A stretch of DNA of 64,000 nucleotides from Salibaculum sp. (GTDB lineage Bacteria; Pseudomonadota; Alphaproteobacteria; Rhodobacterales; Rhodobacteraceae), in NCBI RefSeq assembly GCF_035270045.1, contig NZ_DATFIP010000031.1, positions 11,025 to 75,024 on the forward strand, in the 5' to 3' direction. Shown here one piece after another: positions 50,914-61,374 of the stretch (its first letter is position 1; each line of letters opens with the position of its first letter). A model generated the notes under the pieces. That model was not told the DNA's origin. It did no database searches and was given only the letters and a program-made list of their open reading frames with translations. The position numbers were made by a program, and so were the translations under genes.

Positions 50914-51849
50914 TCACTCGACGACGAAGCGTTCATTGCGGGTCAGCACCTCCCCCTCGATGGTGAAGAAGACTGGGTCGCCGCCAAGGGGTGCAGCCGC
51001 GGGTCTGCCGTGCTGCACATGGATGTGTAGATGCGGGGTCGAGCTGTTGCCCGAATTGCCGACTCTCCCCACTTGCTGCCCACGCGTGACCGTTCCGCCT
51101 GTTTCGACAGAGACCGAGCCCGGGATCATGTGCGCGAGCAGCACAAAGAGCTCGGTTCCGTCGCAACGGATCATGACGTGGTTCCCTTCCAGCCGGCTGC
51201 GGTCCATCTCGGGAACCGGCATGTCGGGCATTCCGTCATGGACCTGTGCGACGGTCCCGGCGCAGGGCGCAAGGATCTGCCTTCCGTGGATCGCGTATGC
51301 CGCCGGATCGACGGGCGCGACGCCAGGGGCGTAGAATCCAAGGGCATCGGTACCCACAATGTCGACTGCGAAGCTTTGGCCGCGGTAGGGATTGCCCGCT
51401 TCATTGGTCACGAAATGTGCATTGAGGGCCTCCGACGGGCCGCCGCTGACCACGAGATACCGGCCCGGCCCGAGGGGTTGGGCAAGGTCTATCACCACCT
51501 CCGGCGGGGTGCGCAGGGTTATCCCGGGCCAGCTTGCCACGCTGAACACGACCACCAGAACGGCGCCGATCCCGCCCTCGATCCATCTGCCGGGTCCGGC
51601 GCCCGGGCGTGGCCCGCGCCAGGCCCGGTAGACCGTCGCCAGACCCACAAGCAGCATATAAAGGTAAGGCGCCCACCAAGGCGGGAACAGCCAGACCATC
51701 GAAAGCATGGAAAACAGCAAGAAGATCACGATCGCGAGCGCGCGCAGCCACAGCCCGCCACGGGACAGGTGAGGCAGGAAAGCGTGCAGCGCCACCAGGA
51801 CCAGCGGCAACGCGACGCCGAAGAGCAACATGAGGGCCTTTGGTGTCAT
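50914..51849 (-). CDS. Membrane-anchored M23 family metallopeptidase
   Basis: N-terminal TMs; AVD, GNHV, LAH and GNSGNSSTPHLH (HxH) motifs. Confidence 0.88.
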   Translation of the reverse strand: MTPKALMLLFGVALPLVLVALHAFLPHLSRGGLWLRALAIVIFLLFSMLSMVWLFPPWWAPYLYMLLVGLATVYRAWRGPRPGAGPGRWIEGGIGAVLVVVFSVASWPGITLRTPPEVVIDLAQPLGPGRYLVVSGGPSEALNAHFVTNEAGNPYRGQSFAVDIVGTDALGFYAPGVAPVDPAAYAIHGRQILAPCAGTVAQVHDGMPDMPVPEMDRSRLEGNHVMIRCDGTELFVLLAHMIPGSVSVETGGTVTRGQQVGRVGNSGNSSTPHLHIHVQHGRPAAAPLGGDPVFFTIEGEVLTRNERFVVE

Positions 51850-51918
51850 CAGGTCTTTCCTTTGGTTGCGGGCGCATCCTCGCAGGGCCGGATTTCGCCT
51901 GTCGAACCCCGCCCTCGC

Positions 51919-53187
51919 CTACCGTAGCGCGCGGCCTTTCACTATGGCGTCGGTGCCGAACCGGTTCTTGATCCGGTCCAGTGCGCGTTCGGCCTCGGCC
52001 CGGCGAGTGGCGCCGGGGTCCAGAAGGTCGCCCTCGCGGTCGGCGTCGGTAGCTGCGTTGAGTTCCGAAAGGCCAACACCCAGCAGGCGAAACGGCCCCT
52101 GGTCCGTGGCGCCCTCGAACAGGTGCCGCGCCGTGCGGTAGATCGTGTCGGCGAGTTGCGTGTGCTGGTGCAGGCTCTGGCGGCGGGTCAGGCCCTTGTG
52201 GTCGGCGCGCTTGAGCTTGAGCGTCACGACGCGCCCTGCCTTGCCCTTTGCCTTGGCCCGGGCGCTGACCTTTTCGGCCATGCGCCATATGTGGCCATCA
52301 AGGATGTCCGGGTCCGCGGTGTCCTTGGCGAACGTGGTTTCGTTGGACAGGCTTTTCACCGGGCTGTGGGCGGTGATGCGGCGGGCATCCTGTCCGCGCG
52401 CGAGGTGCCAGAGCCTGTCGCCTGTTCCGCCAAAGCGGTGCTGCAGGTCGCGCAGGTCCCAGCGCAGAAGGTCGTCGAAGGTGCGAATGCCCGCACGTTC
52501 AAGCCTGTCCTGTGCCGCCGGGCCGATGCCCCAGATCAGGCGCACCGGTTGCGGTCTCAGGAATTCCGCAGTCTCGCCCCTGCCGATCACCGAAAAGCCC
52601 CGCGGCTTGTCCAGGTCGCTGGCCACCTTGGCCAGGAACTTGTTATGCGAGAGGCCGATGGAGCCGGTGATTCCGATCTCGTCCTTCATGCGCTTGGCCA
52701 AGCGGGCCAACATCACCGCGGGCGGATGGCCGTGCAATCTTGCGGTGCCGGTCAGGTCCATGAAGGCCTCGTCCAGCGAAAGCGGCTCGACCACCGGGGT
52801 CAACTCGTCCATGAGGGCGCGAACCTGGCGGCTGACCTCGACGTAGCGGGTCATCCGGCCGCGCACCACGATGGCCTCGGGGCACAGTTGCAGCGCCTTG
52901 AACATCGGCATGGCCGACTTCACACCCTTGATACGGGCGACGTAGCAAGCGGTGCTGACCACCCCGCGCCGCCCGCCACCGATGATGACTGGCTTGCCCT
53001 GAAGCTCGGGATTGTCGCGCTTTTCCACGCTCGCATAGAAAGCATCGCAATCCATGTGCGCGATGGTCAGGTCGAACAGCTCAGGGTGAGAGAGCACGCG
53101 CGGCGACCGACATGCCGGGCACCGGGCGCCGGTTTCGAAGTCGTGCAGGCAGTCGCGACAAAGGCTGGACATGGAGAAAGAATACAA
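51919..53187 (-). CDS. dinB: DNA polymerase IV (DinB)
   Basis: HMDCDAFYASVE, STACYVAR and SLDEAF; N-terminal CxxC...CxxC. Start probably at the second Met (53172). Confidence 0.96.
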   Translation of the reverse strand: MYSFSMSSLCRDCLHDFETGARCPACRSPRVLSHPELFDLTIAHMDCDAFYASVEKRDNPELQGKPVIIGGGRRGVVSTACYVARIKGVKSAMPMFKALQLCPEAIVVRGRMTRYVEVSRQVRALMDELTPVVEPLSLDEAFMDLTGTARLHGHPPAVMLARLAKRMKDEIGITGSIGLSHNKFLAKVASDLDKPRGFSVIGRGETAEFLRPQPVRLIWGIGPAAQDRLERAGIRTFDDLLRWDLRDLQHRFGGTGDRLWHLARGQDARRITAHSPVKSLSNETTFAKDTADPDILDGHIWRMAEKVSARAKAKGKAGRVVTLKLKRADHKGLTRRQSLHQHTQLADTIYRTARHLFEGATDQGPFRLLGVGLSELNAATDADREGDLLDPGATRRAEAERALDRIKNRFGTDAIVKGRALR

Positions 53188-53332
53188 GCCATGCGCCGCC
53201 GCGTCAGCCGAATTCGGCGTCTCGGCGCAGCCGCATCATCGGCAAAAAATCCGTCTCGGCGGCTAAATTGTCCTAAAATTTTCGGAAGAACCCGTTTAAT
53301 CCGGCACCAGGGAAAGTTCACGAGGTCGAGCC

Positions 53333-54226
53333 ATGGATACAGAGCAGATGATAAACGACTACCTGGGCGGCAACGTCGTCCTTTTGCTGCTGGCGGTTTT
53401 CGTCGTCATCTGCGTCCTGGTCGGTGTCAAGATTGTCCCCCAGTCCGAGAAATTCGTTGTCGAGCGTTTCGGCCGGTTGCGGGCCGTGCTGGGGCCGGGG
53501 ATCAACTTTATCGTGCCTTTCCTCGATCGGGTCGCGCACCGGATTTCGATCCTTGAGCGGCAATTGCCCACCATGAACCAGGACGCGATCACCGCCGACA
53601 ACGTGCTGGTCCAGGTCGAGACGAGCGTCTTTTATCGCATCATCGAGCCCGAAAAGACGGTCTACCGCATTCGGGACATCGACGGCGCGATCCAGACCAC
53701 CGTGGCCGGGATCGTGCGCTCGGAGATCGGCAAGATCGAGCTGGACCAGGTGCAAACGAACCGTGGCTCGCTGATCGAAGCGATCAAGATGCAACTTGCT
53801 CACCAAGTGGACGATTGGGGCATCGAAGTGACCCGGACCGAGATTCTGGACGTCAACCTGGATGCTCAGACACGGGCAGCGATGCTGCAGCAGCTCAATG
53901 CCGAGCGTGCGCGTCGCGCCCAGGTGACCGAGGCCGAGGGCCGCAAGCGCGCGGTCGAATTGCAGGCAGATGCCGAGCTTTACAGCGCCGAACAGGCCGC
54001 CAAGGCACGCCGCGTGCAGGCCGATGCCGAAGCCTATGCCACCCAGGTCGTGGCCGAGGCCATAGCCGAGAACGGGCTGGAGGCGGCGCAATACCAGGTT
54101 GCGCTCAAGCAGGTCGAGGCGCTCAACGGCATGGCCGCAGGGCAGGGCACCAGCACCATCGTACTGCCCGCCGACGCCATCGAGGCCTTCGGAAACGCCT
54201 TCAACATGCTCAAGGGGAAAGGCTGA
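53333..54226 (+). CDS. SPFH/Band 7 (QmcA-like) protein
   Basis: VVERFGR, PGINFIVPFLDRV, ITADNV and QLNAERARRA. Confidence 0.93.
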   Translation: MDTEQMINDYLGGNVVLLLLAVFVVICVLVGVKIVPQSEKFVVERFGRLRAVLGPGINFIVPFLDRVAHRISILERQLPTMNQDAITADNVLVQVETSVFYRIIEPEKTVYRIRDIDGAIQTTVAGIVRSEIGKIELDQVQTNRGSLIEAIKMQLAHQVDDWGIEVTRTEILDVNLDAQTRAAMLQQLNAERARRAQVTEAEGRKRAVELQADAELYSAEQAAKARRVQADAEAYATQVVAEAIAENGLEAAQYQVALKQVEALNGMAAGQGTSTIVLPADAIEAFGNAFNMLKGKG

Positions 54227-54501
54227 TGGAGGACTGGGTCAACCTTTGGTGGGTCTGGATGGCGGCTGCCATCGCCCTGGCCATCCTCGAAGTGATTGCG
54301 CCGGGCTATATTTTCCTGGGCTTTGCCATCGGTGCCTTGTTCATGGGGGCGGTTGTCGGGTTGGGCCTGGCCGGGTTCAGCCTGCCTTGGGCGCTGGTGG
54401 TATTTGCCGTTCTGTCGCTCGTGGCCTTCGTGGCGTTGCGGCGGCTCTTCGGCATCCGCAACGGCCAGGTCAAGTATTGGGATCGCGATATCAACGATTG
54501 A
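54226..54501 (+). CDS. NfeD-like membrane protein
   Basis: WWVW...LAILEVIAPG.IFLGF; coupled to the SPFH gene. Confidence 0.8.
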   Translation: MEDWVNLWWVWMAAAIALAILEVIAPGYIFLGFAIGALFMGAVVGLGLAGFSLPWALVVFAVLSLVAFVALRRLFGIRNGQVKYWDRDIND

Positions 54502-55213
54502 GCTGCACGCGCATCTCGTCGGTGATGGCGCGGGCCGCGGTGCGAGGATCGGCGGCCTGCCAGACCGGACGGCCCACCACCACGTGATCGGCGCCGTTGG
54601 CGATGGCCTGCGCCGGTGTGGTCACGCGCTTCTGGTCGCCGAGATCGGCGCCCGCCGGGCGCACGCCGGGTGTGACGATCAGCTTGCCGGCCGCCTCGGG
54701 CAGGGCTCGGATCAGGGCGGCCTCTTGCGGGCTCGCGATGACGCCATCGGCCCCGTTTGACAGGGCGATGCCGGCGCGTTCCTGCACGAGGTCGGTCAGG
54801 GTGCCGGCCTTGATGCAGCTGGCGTCCAGGTCGCCGCGGTCCAGCGAGGTCAGGATCGTTACGGCAAGGATCTTCATGTCGCTGCTGCCCCGACCTTCGG
54901 CGGCGGCGCGCACCACATGCGGGTCGCCATGCACGGTCAGGAAATCCAGGTCGAACTGAGACAGGCCACGCACCGCGGCTTCGACCGTGGCGCCGATGTC
55001 GAACAGTTTCATGTCGAGGAAGATGCGCTTGCCATGTTCGTCCTTTAGTTCGTTGGCCAGAGCGAGTCCGCCGCCAGTCAGCATGCCCAGGCCGATCTTG
55101 TAGAAGTTCACCGCGTCGCCCAGGGTCCGCGCCAGTTCGAGCCCCTGCAATGCGTCGGGCACGTCCATGGCAACGATCAGACGATCATCGGTGTGGGTGG
55201 TGATATTGCTCAT
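54491..55213 (-). CDS. pyrF: Orotidine-5'-phosphate decarboxylase
   Basis: LIVAMD, FLDMKLFDIG.TV, AVTILTS, VTPGVRP and VVGRP. Start ATG 55213. Confidence 0.97.
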   Translation of the reverse strand: MSNITTHTDDRLIVAMDVPDALQGLELARTLGDAVNFYKIGLGMLTGGGLALANELKDEHGKRIFLDMKLFDIGATVEAAVRGLSQFDLDFLTVHGDPHVVRAAAEGRGSSDMKILAVTILTSLDRGDLDASCIKAGTLTDLVQERAGIALSNGADGVIASPQEAALIRALPEAAGKLIVTPGVRPAGADLGDQKRVTTPAQAIANGADHVVVGRPVWQAADPRTAARAITDEMRVQLNR

Positions 55214-55319
55214 GACGGGATCCCTTTCTGGTTGCGCCTGCAGGTGCCTCTTGGCCGGGTAAAGGTCAAGCCGGAACCGGGACGCTGCGGGGCGGACGCT
55301 CTTTCCCGAGGTGCCATAA

Positions 55320-55348
55320 CTTGAAAACCAATGTCTGCTCTCCCATCT
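55320..55348 (+). promoter_or_regulatory. RpoH (sigma32)-type promoter of clpB
   Basis: CTTGAA-N16-CCCATCT upstream of a heat-shock chaperone. Confidence 0.75.
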
Positions 55349-55424
55349 CAATATCCAGGCCCGACAAAGGGGTGCGCCGCGTGACGGGCGCCCCGCGACA
55401 GGGCGCTTTGAAAGGAGAAAGCTC

Positions 55425-58046
55425 ATGAACTTGGAGAAGTTCACCGAGCGGTCGCGGGGGTTCATCCAAGCCGCCCAGACGATCGCCATGCGGGAAAGCC
55501 ATCAGCGGATGGTGCCCGAACATTTGCTCAAGGCACTGATGGACGACGATCAGGGGTTGGCCGCCAACCTCATCAACCGCTCTGGCGGCAGTGCCAAGCG
55601 CGTGCAAGAGTCCGTCGACCTTGCCGTTGAAAAGCTGCCGAAGGTCACCGGGGATGCCGGTCAGGTCTATCTGGATTCCGCGACCGGAAAGGTGCTTGCC
55701 GAGGCCGAGAAGCTGGCCAAGAAGGCCGGCGACAGTTTCGTGCCGGTGGAACGGATGCTCATGGCGCTTGCCATGGTGAAATCCGGTGCAAAGACCGCGC
55801 TGGAGGCCGGGGCGATCAACGCGCAGGCGTTGAACGCTGCCATTGAGGACATCCGCAAGGGCCGCACCGCCGACAGCGCCAGCGCGGAAGAAGGGTATGA
55901 TGCGCTGAAGAAATACGCACAGGACCTGACCGAGCGCGCCAGCGAGGGCAAGATCGACCCGATCATCGGCCGTGACGAGGAGATCCGCCGCGCCATGCAG
56001 GTGCTGAGCCGCCGGACCAAGAACAACCCGGTCCTTATCGGTGAGCCAGGCGTTGGCAAGACCGCCATCGCCGAAGGCTTGGCGCTGCGTATCATCAACG
56101 GCGACGTGCCGGAATCCTTGCGCAACAAGAAGCTTTTGGCGCTGGACATGGGGGCATTGATCGCGGGGGCCAAGTATCGCGGCGAGTTCGAGGAGCGCCT
56201 GAAGGCCGTTCTGACCGAGGTCACCGAGGCCGCGGGCGAGATCATCCTGTTCATCGACGAGATGCACACGTTGGTCGGCGCAGGCAAGACCGAGGGCGCG
56301 ATGGACGCCGCCAACCTGATCAAGCCCGCCCTTGCACGCGGGGAGCTGCACTGCATCAGCGCGACCACGCTCGACGAGTATCGCAAGCACGTCGAGAAGG
56401 ACGCCGCACTGGCGCGCCGGTTCCAGCCGCTCATGGTCGAGGAACCCACGGTCGAGGATACCATCTCGATCCTTCGGGGCATCAAGGAAAAGTACGAGAT
56501 GCACCACGGCGTGCGGGTCTCGGATTCGGCGCTGGTCTCGGCGGCGACGCTTTCGGCGCGCTATATCACCGACCGGTTTCTGCCGGACAAGGCGATCGAC
56601 CTTGTGGACGAGGCCGCCAGCCGCCTGCGGATGGAGGTGGACTCCAAACCCGAGGAACTGGACCAGCTTGACCGCCAGATCCTGCAATTGCAGATCGAGG
56701 CCGAGGCGCTCAAGAAAGAGGACGATACGGCTTCCAAGGACCGTCTGGAAAAGCTGGAAAAGGAACTGGCCGACCTCCAGGACCGCAGCGCCGAGATGAC
56801 CGCCAAGTGGCAGTCCGAGCGGGACAAGCTGGAAAGCGCACGCGGCCTGAAGGAACAGCTTGACCGTGCCCGCGCCGACCTGGAAATCGCCAAGCGCGAG
56901 GGCAACCTGCAAAAGGCAGGCGAGCTGTCCTACGGCATCATCCCCCAGCTGGAAAAGCAGCTTTCCGAGGCCGAGCAGGCCGAGGAAGCCGAGGGCGTGA
57001 TGGTCGAGGAAGCCGTGCGCCCCGAACAGATCGCCGCCGTGGTCGAACGCTGGACGGGCATCCCGATGTCCAAGATGCTGGAAGGCGAGCGCGAGAAACT
57101 CCTGAAGATGGAGTCCGAGCTTGGCCGCCGGGTCATCGGGCAGCGCCAGGCTGTCACGGCCGTGTCGAACGCCGTCCGCCGGGCGCGTGCGGGCCTTCAG
57201 GACGAGAACCGCCCGCTGGGCTCTTTCCTGTTCCTGGGGCCGACGGGGGTCGGCAAGACCGAGCTGACCAAGGCTCTGGCCGAATACCTGTTCGACGACG
57301 ACCAGGCCATGGTCCGGATCGACATGTCCGAGTTCATGGAAAAGCACTCGGTCTCTCGCCTGATCGGCGCACCACCGGGCTATGTCGGCTACGATGAGGG
57401 CGGCGTGCTGACCGAGGCCGTGCGCCGGCGTCCCTATCAGGTGGTGCTGTTCGACGAGGTCGAGAAGGCGCACCCGGAGGTTTTCAACGTGTTGCTGCAG
57501 GTTCTCGACGATGGCATCCTGACCGACGGGCAGGGCCGCACGGTGGACTTCAAGCAAACGCTGATCGTGCTGACCTCGAATCTGGGCTCGCAGGCTCTGA
57601 GCCGACTGGAGGAGGAGGGCGACGCCGCCCGCGCCAAACAGGACGTGATGGATGCCGTGCGCGCCCATTTCCGGCCCGAGTTCCTGAACCGGCTGGACGA
57701 CCAGATCGTCTTCGATCGGCTGGATCGTTCAGACATGAGCGGGATCGTCGATATCCAGCTGGCGCGGCTGGAAAAACGGCTGGCACAGCGCAAGATCGCG
57801 CTGGAGCTGGACGAGGAGTCGCGCAAGTGGCTGGCCGAAGAGGGCTATGATCCGGTCTTCGGGGCGCGTCCGCTCAAGCGGGTCATCCAGACCGCGCTGC
57901 AGAACCCTCTGGCCGAGGCGCTATTGGGGGGCGATATCAGGGACGGAGATACCGTGCCGGTGACCGTCGGGCCCGATGGTCTTCTTGTCGGCGAACGGTT
58001 GGGCAGCACTGACCGGCCCAAGCCGGACGACGCGGTCGTCCACTGA
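55425..58046 (+). CDS. clpB: ATP-dependent chaperone ClpB
   Basis: Two AAA+ modules (GEPGVGKT; GPTGVGKT), FIDEMH, M-domain coiled coil and GARPLKR. Confidence 0.99.
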   Translation: MNLEKFTERSRGFIQAAQTIAMRESHQRMVPEHLLKALMDDDQGLAANLINRSGGSAKRVQESVDLAVEKLPKVTGDAGQVYLDSATGKVLAEAEKLAKKAGDSFVPVERMLMALAMVKSGAKTALEAGAINAQALNAAIEDIRKGRTADSASAEEGYDALKKYAQDLTERASEGKIDPIIGRDEEIRRAMQVLSRRTKNNPVLIGEPGVGKTAIAEGLALRIINGDVPESLRNKKLLALDMGALIAGAKYRGEFEERLKAVLTEVTEAAGEIILFIDEMHTLVGAGKTEGAMDAANLIKPALARGELHCISATTLDEYRKHVEKDAALARRFQPLMVEEPTVEDTISILRGIKEKYEMHHGVRVSDSALVSAATLSARYITDRFLPDKAIDLVDEAASRLRMEVDSKPEELDQLDRQILQLQIEAEALKKEDDTASKDRLEKLEKELADLQDRSAEMTAKWQSERDKLESARGLKEQLDRARADLEIAKREGNLQKAGELSYGIIPQLEKQLSEAEQAEEAEGVMVEEAVRPEQIAAVVERWTGIPMSKMLEGEREKLLKMESELGRRVIGQRQAVTAVSNAVRRARAGLQDENRPLGSFLFLGPTGVGKTELTKALAEYLFDDDQAMVRIDMSEFMEKHSVSRLIGAPPGYVGYDEGGVLTEAVRRRPYQVVLFDEVEKAHPEVFNVLLQVLDDGILTDGQGRTVDFKQTLIVLTSNLGSQALSRLEEEGDAARAKQDVMDAVRAHFRPEFLNRLDDQIVFDRLDRSDMSGIVDIQLARLEKRLAQRKIALELDEESRKWLAEEGYDPVFGARPLKRVIQTALQNPLAEALLGGDIRDGDTVPVTVGPDGLLVGERLGSTDRPKPDDAVVH

Positions 58047-58064
58047 TGATCCGAAACTGAGCAC

Positions 58065-58091
58065 AGGCCCCGCCATCCGGCGGGGCCTTTC
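58065..58091 (+). terminator. Terminator of clpB (probably bidirectional)
   Basis: AGGCCCCGCC-ATCC-GGCGGGGCCT-TTC. Confidence 0.8.
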
Positions 58092-58096
58092 GCGTG

Positions 58097-58933
58097 TCAG
58101 GCGGTCAGCACCATCCGGTCGCGTCCGATATGCAAGGGGCCAGACCAGTGTTTGCGGACCTCGGCGATCCAGTGATCCTCTGTGAAATCGGGGTCGCCGT
58201 CCGGCACCATATGGGTCAGGGCCAATTGCCCGACCCCGGCATCGGCTGCGATTCGGCCGACATCCTCGGCGCTAGTATGGCTGCGCAGGATATGAGCGCG
58301 CAGGCGGTCGTCGCCATTGGTCATGCGCGCGATCAGTGCCTCGACCCCGTCGACCAGCATTGCCTCGTGCACAAGGATGTCCGCCCCGGCGGCAAAGTCG
58401 GCCATTTCGGGCATGTAGGCCGTGTCGCCCGAGAACACGATGCTTTCGCCGGCATGGTCGAACCGCAGGGCATAGCTGTCCTCGATCGGTGGATGAACAT
58501 TGCGCATGGCGCGGATCGACACTCCACCCGCGTCGAAGACCTGGTCTTCAGTGATGCGCGAGACATCGAAAAGCGGCCCGAGAGGCACCCGCCCTTCGTC
58601 CTCCATCCTCAGGGTCACGTCGAAGGCCATGGATTTCAGGAACCCGTCCCAATACTCGGACAGGCCGGGCGGGCCGATGACGGGAACAGGGCGATTCAGC
58701 CCGGCGACCCACGCGGTGTGAAAGAGTGGCCCGAGTTCGAGGTAGTGGTCGGAATGCAGGTGGGTGATCAGCACGAGGTCGATCGCGTCGCACAGTCCAC
58801 GGGTGACACCCAGGCCGGCATCGACGAGGATCGACCTGCCGCCCATGCGGATCAGGATCGACGTGGGCATGTGCGACCCGGGTCGGATCGCGGGGCCGCC
58901 TTTGACCCCCATGAGCGTGACTGCTGCGGACAT
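58097..58933 (-). CDS. MBL-fold metallo-hydrolase (RNase Z/AtsA-like)
   Basis: GVKGGP, VDAG, THLHSDH, FSGDT, LVHE and SHT motifs. Confidence 0.88.
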   Translation of the reverse strand: MSAAVTLMGVKGGPAIRPGSHMPTSILIRMGGRSILVDAGLGVTRGLCDAIDLVLITHLHSDHYLELGPLFHTAWVAGLNRPVPVIGPPGLSEYWDGFLKSMAFDVTLRMEDEGRVPLGPLFDVSRITEDQVFDAGGVSIRAMRNVHPPIEDSYALRFDHAGESIVFSGDTAYMPEMADFAAGADILVHEAMLVDGVEALIARMTNGDDRLRAHILRSHTSAEDVGRIAADAGVGQLALTHMVPDGDPDFTEDHWIAEVRKHWSGPLHIGRDRMVLTA

Positions 58934-58984
58934 TGCCCCCTCTCTCTCTTGCCGGGGCAGGTTTGCCCAGTTGCGCGCAAAAGA

Positions 58985-59010
58985 AAAGGCCCCGCCGAAG
59001 CGGGGCCTTT
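58985..59010 (-). terminator. Terminator of the fasciclin gene
   Basis: AAAGGCCCCGC-CGAA-GCGGGGCCTTT; followed by a T-rich run on the minus strand. Confidence 0.8.
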
Positions 59011-59031
59011 CCGGTAAGCAGTAGTTACCGA

Positions 59032-59505
59032 TTATTCGGGCAGGATCACCTGGTCGATGACATGGATCACGCCGTTCGACGCCTCGATGTCGGCGGCCGT
59101 GACGGTAGCGCCATCGACGGTCACGCTATCACCGACGCCGATGGTCACTTCGGCCCCGTTCACGGTTTCGGCCATCATGCCGTCCGACAGGTCGCCGGAC
59201 ATCACTTGGCCGGGCACCACGTGGTAGGTGAGGATCGCGGTCAGCGCTTCGGTGTCTTCAAGAAGTCCCTCGACGGTGCCTTCGGGTAGTGCCGCAAAGG
59301 CCTCGTCCGTGGGGGCGAAGACGGTAAAGGGGCCTTCGCCCTTGAGCGTCTCGACCAGCCCGGCGGCTTCGACGGCGGCGACGAGCGTGGTGAAGTTGCC
59401 CGCGTCAACGGCGGTATCAACGATATCCATCGAATGGCCGGCCGCAATGGCACCAGTGCCGAAAGTGGCGGCGGCAGTGGCGGCGATAAAGGTACGACGT
59501 AGCAT
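59032..59505 (-). CDS. Fasciclin (FAS1) domain protein, RSP_1409-like
   Basis: Tat-like LRRTFI signal; [19 protein letters not shown] and NGVIHVID. Start ATG 59505 follows GGAGG. Confidence 0.95.
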   Translation of the reverse strand: MLRRTFIAATAAATFGTGAIAAGHSMDIVDTAVDAGNFTTLVAAVEAAGLVETLKGEGPFTVFAPTDEAFAALPEGTVEGLLEDTEALTAILTYHVVPGQVMSGDLSDGMMAETVNGAEVTIGVGDSVTVDGATVTAADIEASNGVIHVIDQVILPE

Positions 59506-59580
59506 GTGGTCCTCCGTATTCGTTTTCATTTGCGGCTGCCCTCGCGGACACCGCGTCAATGCCGTCATTGGCACTACCCG

Positions 59581-59608
59581 TCTTACGCAGGGATGCGACA
59601 TTGGATTA
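59581..59608 (-). promoter_or_regulatory. sigmaE-like promoter of the fasciclin gene
   Basis: Minus strand TAATCC-N16-GTAAGA. Confidence 0.6.
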
Positions 59609-59809
59609 CGGGGGTTTTCCGCCGATCGGACTTGACGGAAGGGGACCAGCGGCTAAGCAGCGATCTTCGCACAGTTCAAGTCACGACCAGGTGAAACCAT
59701 GTGATCCGGCGTGATGGTCGGAGCGCAAATCCGACTGGTTTTCGAGACAACGGGGCAGGCGACAAGCGCAATGCACCGTGGCAGGATGTGCCTGGAAAGG
59801 AGTGCTGCG

Positions 59810-61309
59810 ATGGTCTCATCCCTGCCGCTGACAATTCTCGAAGGCCTGGCGCTAGTCCTCATCCTCGTGCTGGGGCTGGGCCTGCTGGCGCTCGCCGTGC
59901 TTTTCGTCCTCGACCGGACCCAGCGCGGCGATGCGATCCGGCGCAACTACCCCTTGATCGGGCGGTTCAGAGGCCTTTTCACGACCTTGGGCGAGTTCTT
60001 CCGCCAGTACTTCTTTGCCATGGACCGAGAGGAATTGCCTTTCAACCGCGCCCAGCGCGACTGGGTCAGGCACGCCGCGGAGCGGGCCGGGAACACGGTC
60101 GCCTTCGGCTCGACCCGAAGCCTGGCCGTGGTCGGCACACCGCTGTTCGTGAACGCCGCCTTTCCGCCGCTCGACAACCAGTACGCCAGCACCGATCCCA
60201 TGGTGATCGGTCCGAGTGCGCGGCACCCCTACACGGCGCGGTCGATCTTCAACCTTTCGGGCATGTCCTATGGCGCGCTGTCGCGGCCGGCTGTGCAGGC
60301 GCTGTCGCGCGGCTGTCGCGAGGCGGGCATCTGGATGAACACGGGCGAGGGGGGGCTTTCGCCCTATCACCTCGAAGGGGGCTGTGAGCTTGTCTTCCAG
60401 ATGGGCACCGCCAAATTCGGGGTGCGCGACGCCGAAGGCAACCTTGATGACGAGAAGCTGCGCGACTTGGCCGCGCAGGAACAGGTCCGCATGATCGAGA
60501 TCAAGCTGGCCCAGGGGGCGAAGCCCGGCAAGGGCGGCATCCTGCCTTCTGCGAAGATCAGCCCCGAGATTGCGCGGATCCGTGGCGTCGTGCAGGGCCA
60601 GGACGCGATCTCGCCCAACCGGCACCTTGGCGTGGATGACTGGGACGACCTGCTGGATTTTATTGCCCATGTGCGCGAAGTCTCGGGCCTGCCCACGGGC
60701 ATCAAGACGGTCATGGGCACGGAGGCCGCGCTGGAGGGGCTGTTCGAGACCATCGTCGCGCGCGGGACTGAAAGCGCGCCCGACTTCATCACGATAGACG
60801 GGGGCGAGGGCGGCACCGGGGCGGCACCCATGCCGCTGATCGACCTGGTCGGCATGTCGATTCGCGAGGCGCTGCCGCGGCTGGTGGACCTGCGTGATGC
60901 CCACGGGCTGCACGACCGCATCCGTATCGTGGCCAGCGGCAAGCTGGTCAATCCCGGCGACGTGGCCTGGGCGATCTGCGCGGGGGCGGATTTCGTCGTC
61001 TCGGCGCGGGGGTTCATGTTCAGCCTCGGGTGCATCCAGGCGCTCAAGTGCAACAAGAATACCTGCCCCACCGGCATCACCACCCACGACCCGCGCTTGC
61101 AGAAGGGCCTCGTGGTCGAGGAAAAGGACGCCCGCGTTGCCGCCTATGCCCGGCAGATCGTCCAGGAGGTGGAGACCATCGCCCATTCGGTCGGCGTCAC
61201 CGAGCCGCGCCGGATGCGCCGGTCGCATGTCAGGATCGTGCAGGCCGACGGGGCGTCGGTGCCCATGGACCGGCTTTATCCCGGTTACAAGGAACTGGCG
61301 GCATCGTGA
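59810..61309 (+). CDS. FMN-binding glutamate synthase family protein (GltB-like FMN domain only)
   Basis: SGMSYGALS, NTGEGG, EIKLAQGAKPGKGG, IDGGEGGTGAAP and LGCIQALKCNKNTCPTGITT (3Fe-4S Cys motif). Confidence 0.92.
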   Translation: MVSSLPLTILEGLALVLILVLGLGLLALAVLFVLDRTQRGDAIRRNYPLIGRFRGLFTTLGEFFRQYFFAMDREELPFNRAQRDWVRHAAERAGNTVAFGSTRSLAVVGTPLFVNAAFPPLDNQYASTDPMVIGPSARHPYTARSIFNLSGMSYGALSRPAVQALSRGCREAGIWMNTGEGGLSPYHLEGGCELVFQMGTAKFGVRDAEGNLDDEKLRDLAAQEQVRMIEIKLAQGAKPGKGGILPSAKISPEIARIRGVVQGQDAISPNRHLGVDDWDDLLDFIAHVREVSGLPTGIKTVMGTEAALEGLFETIVARGTESAPDFITIDGGEGGTGAAPMPLIDLVGMSIREALPRLVDLRDAHGLHDRIRIVASGKLVNPGDVAWAICAGADFVVSARGFMFSLGCIQALKCNKNTCPTGITTHDPRLQKGLVVEEKDARVAAYARQIVQEVETIAHSVGVTEPRRMRRSHVRIVQADGASVPMDRLYPGYKELAAS

Positions 61310-61374
61310 CATGAGGGTGAGTGTCATCCTCGCGCGCGCGACTAGATGTAGAAGCGAAACACAGGAGACTGCCA

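Noticed and set aside
53190-53330. SOS (LexA) box upstream of dinB
   Set aside because: No GTTC-N7-GTTC or GAAC-N7-GAAC direct repeat found by eye.
56340-56375. ClpB HCISATT instead of the usual HC(I/V)GATT
   Set aside because: A single substitution in an otherwise canonical protein; cannot be separated from a benign variant or sequencing error.
61324-61352. TCATCC-N18-GTAGAA upstream of msrP as a sigmaE promoter
   Set aside because: Both spacing and -10 deviate from the other three sites; too weak.
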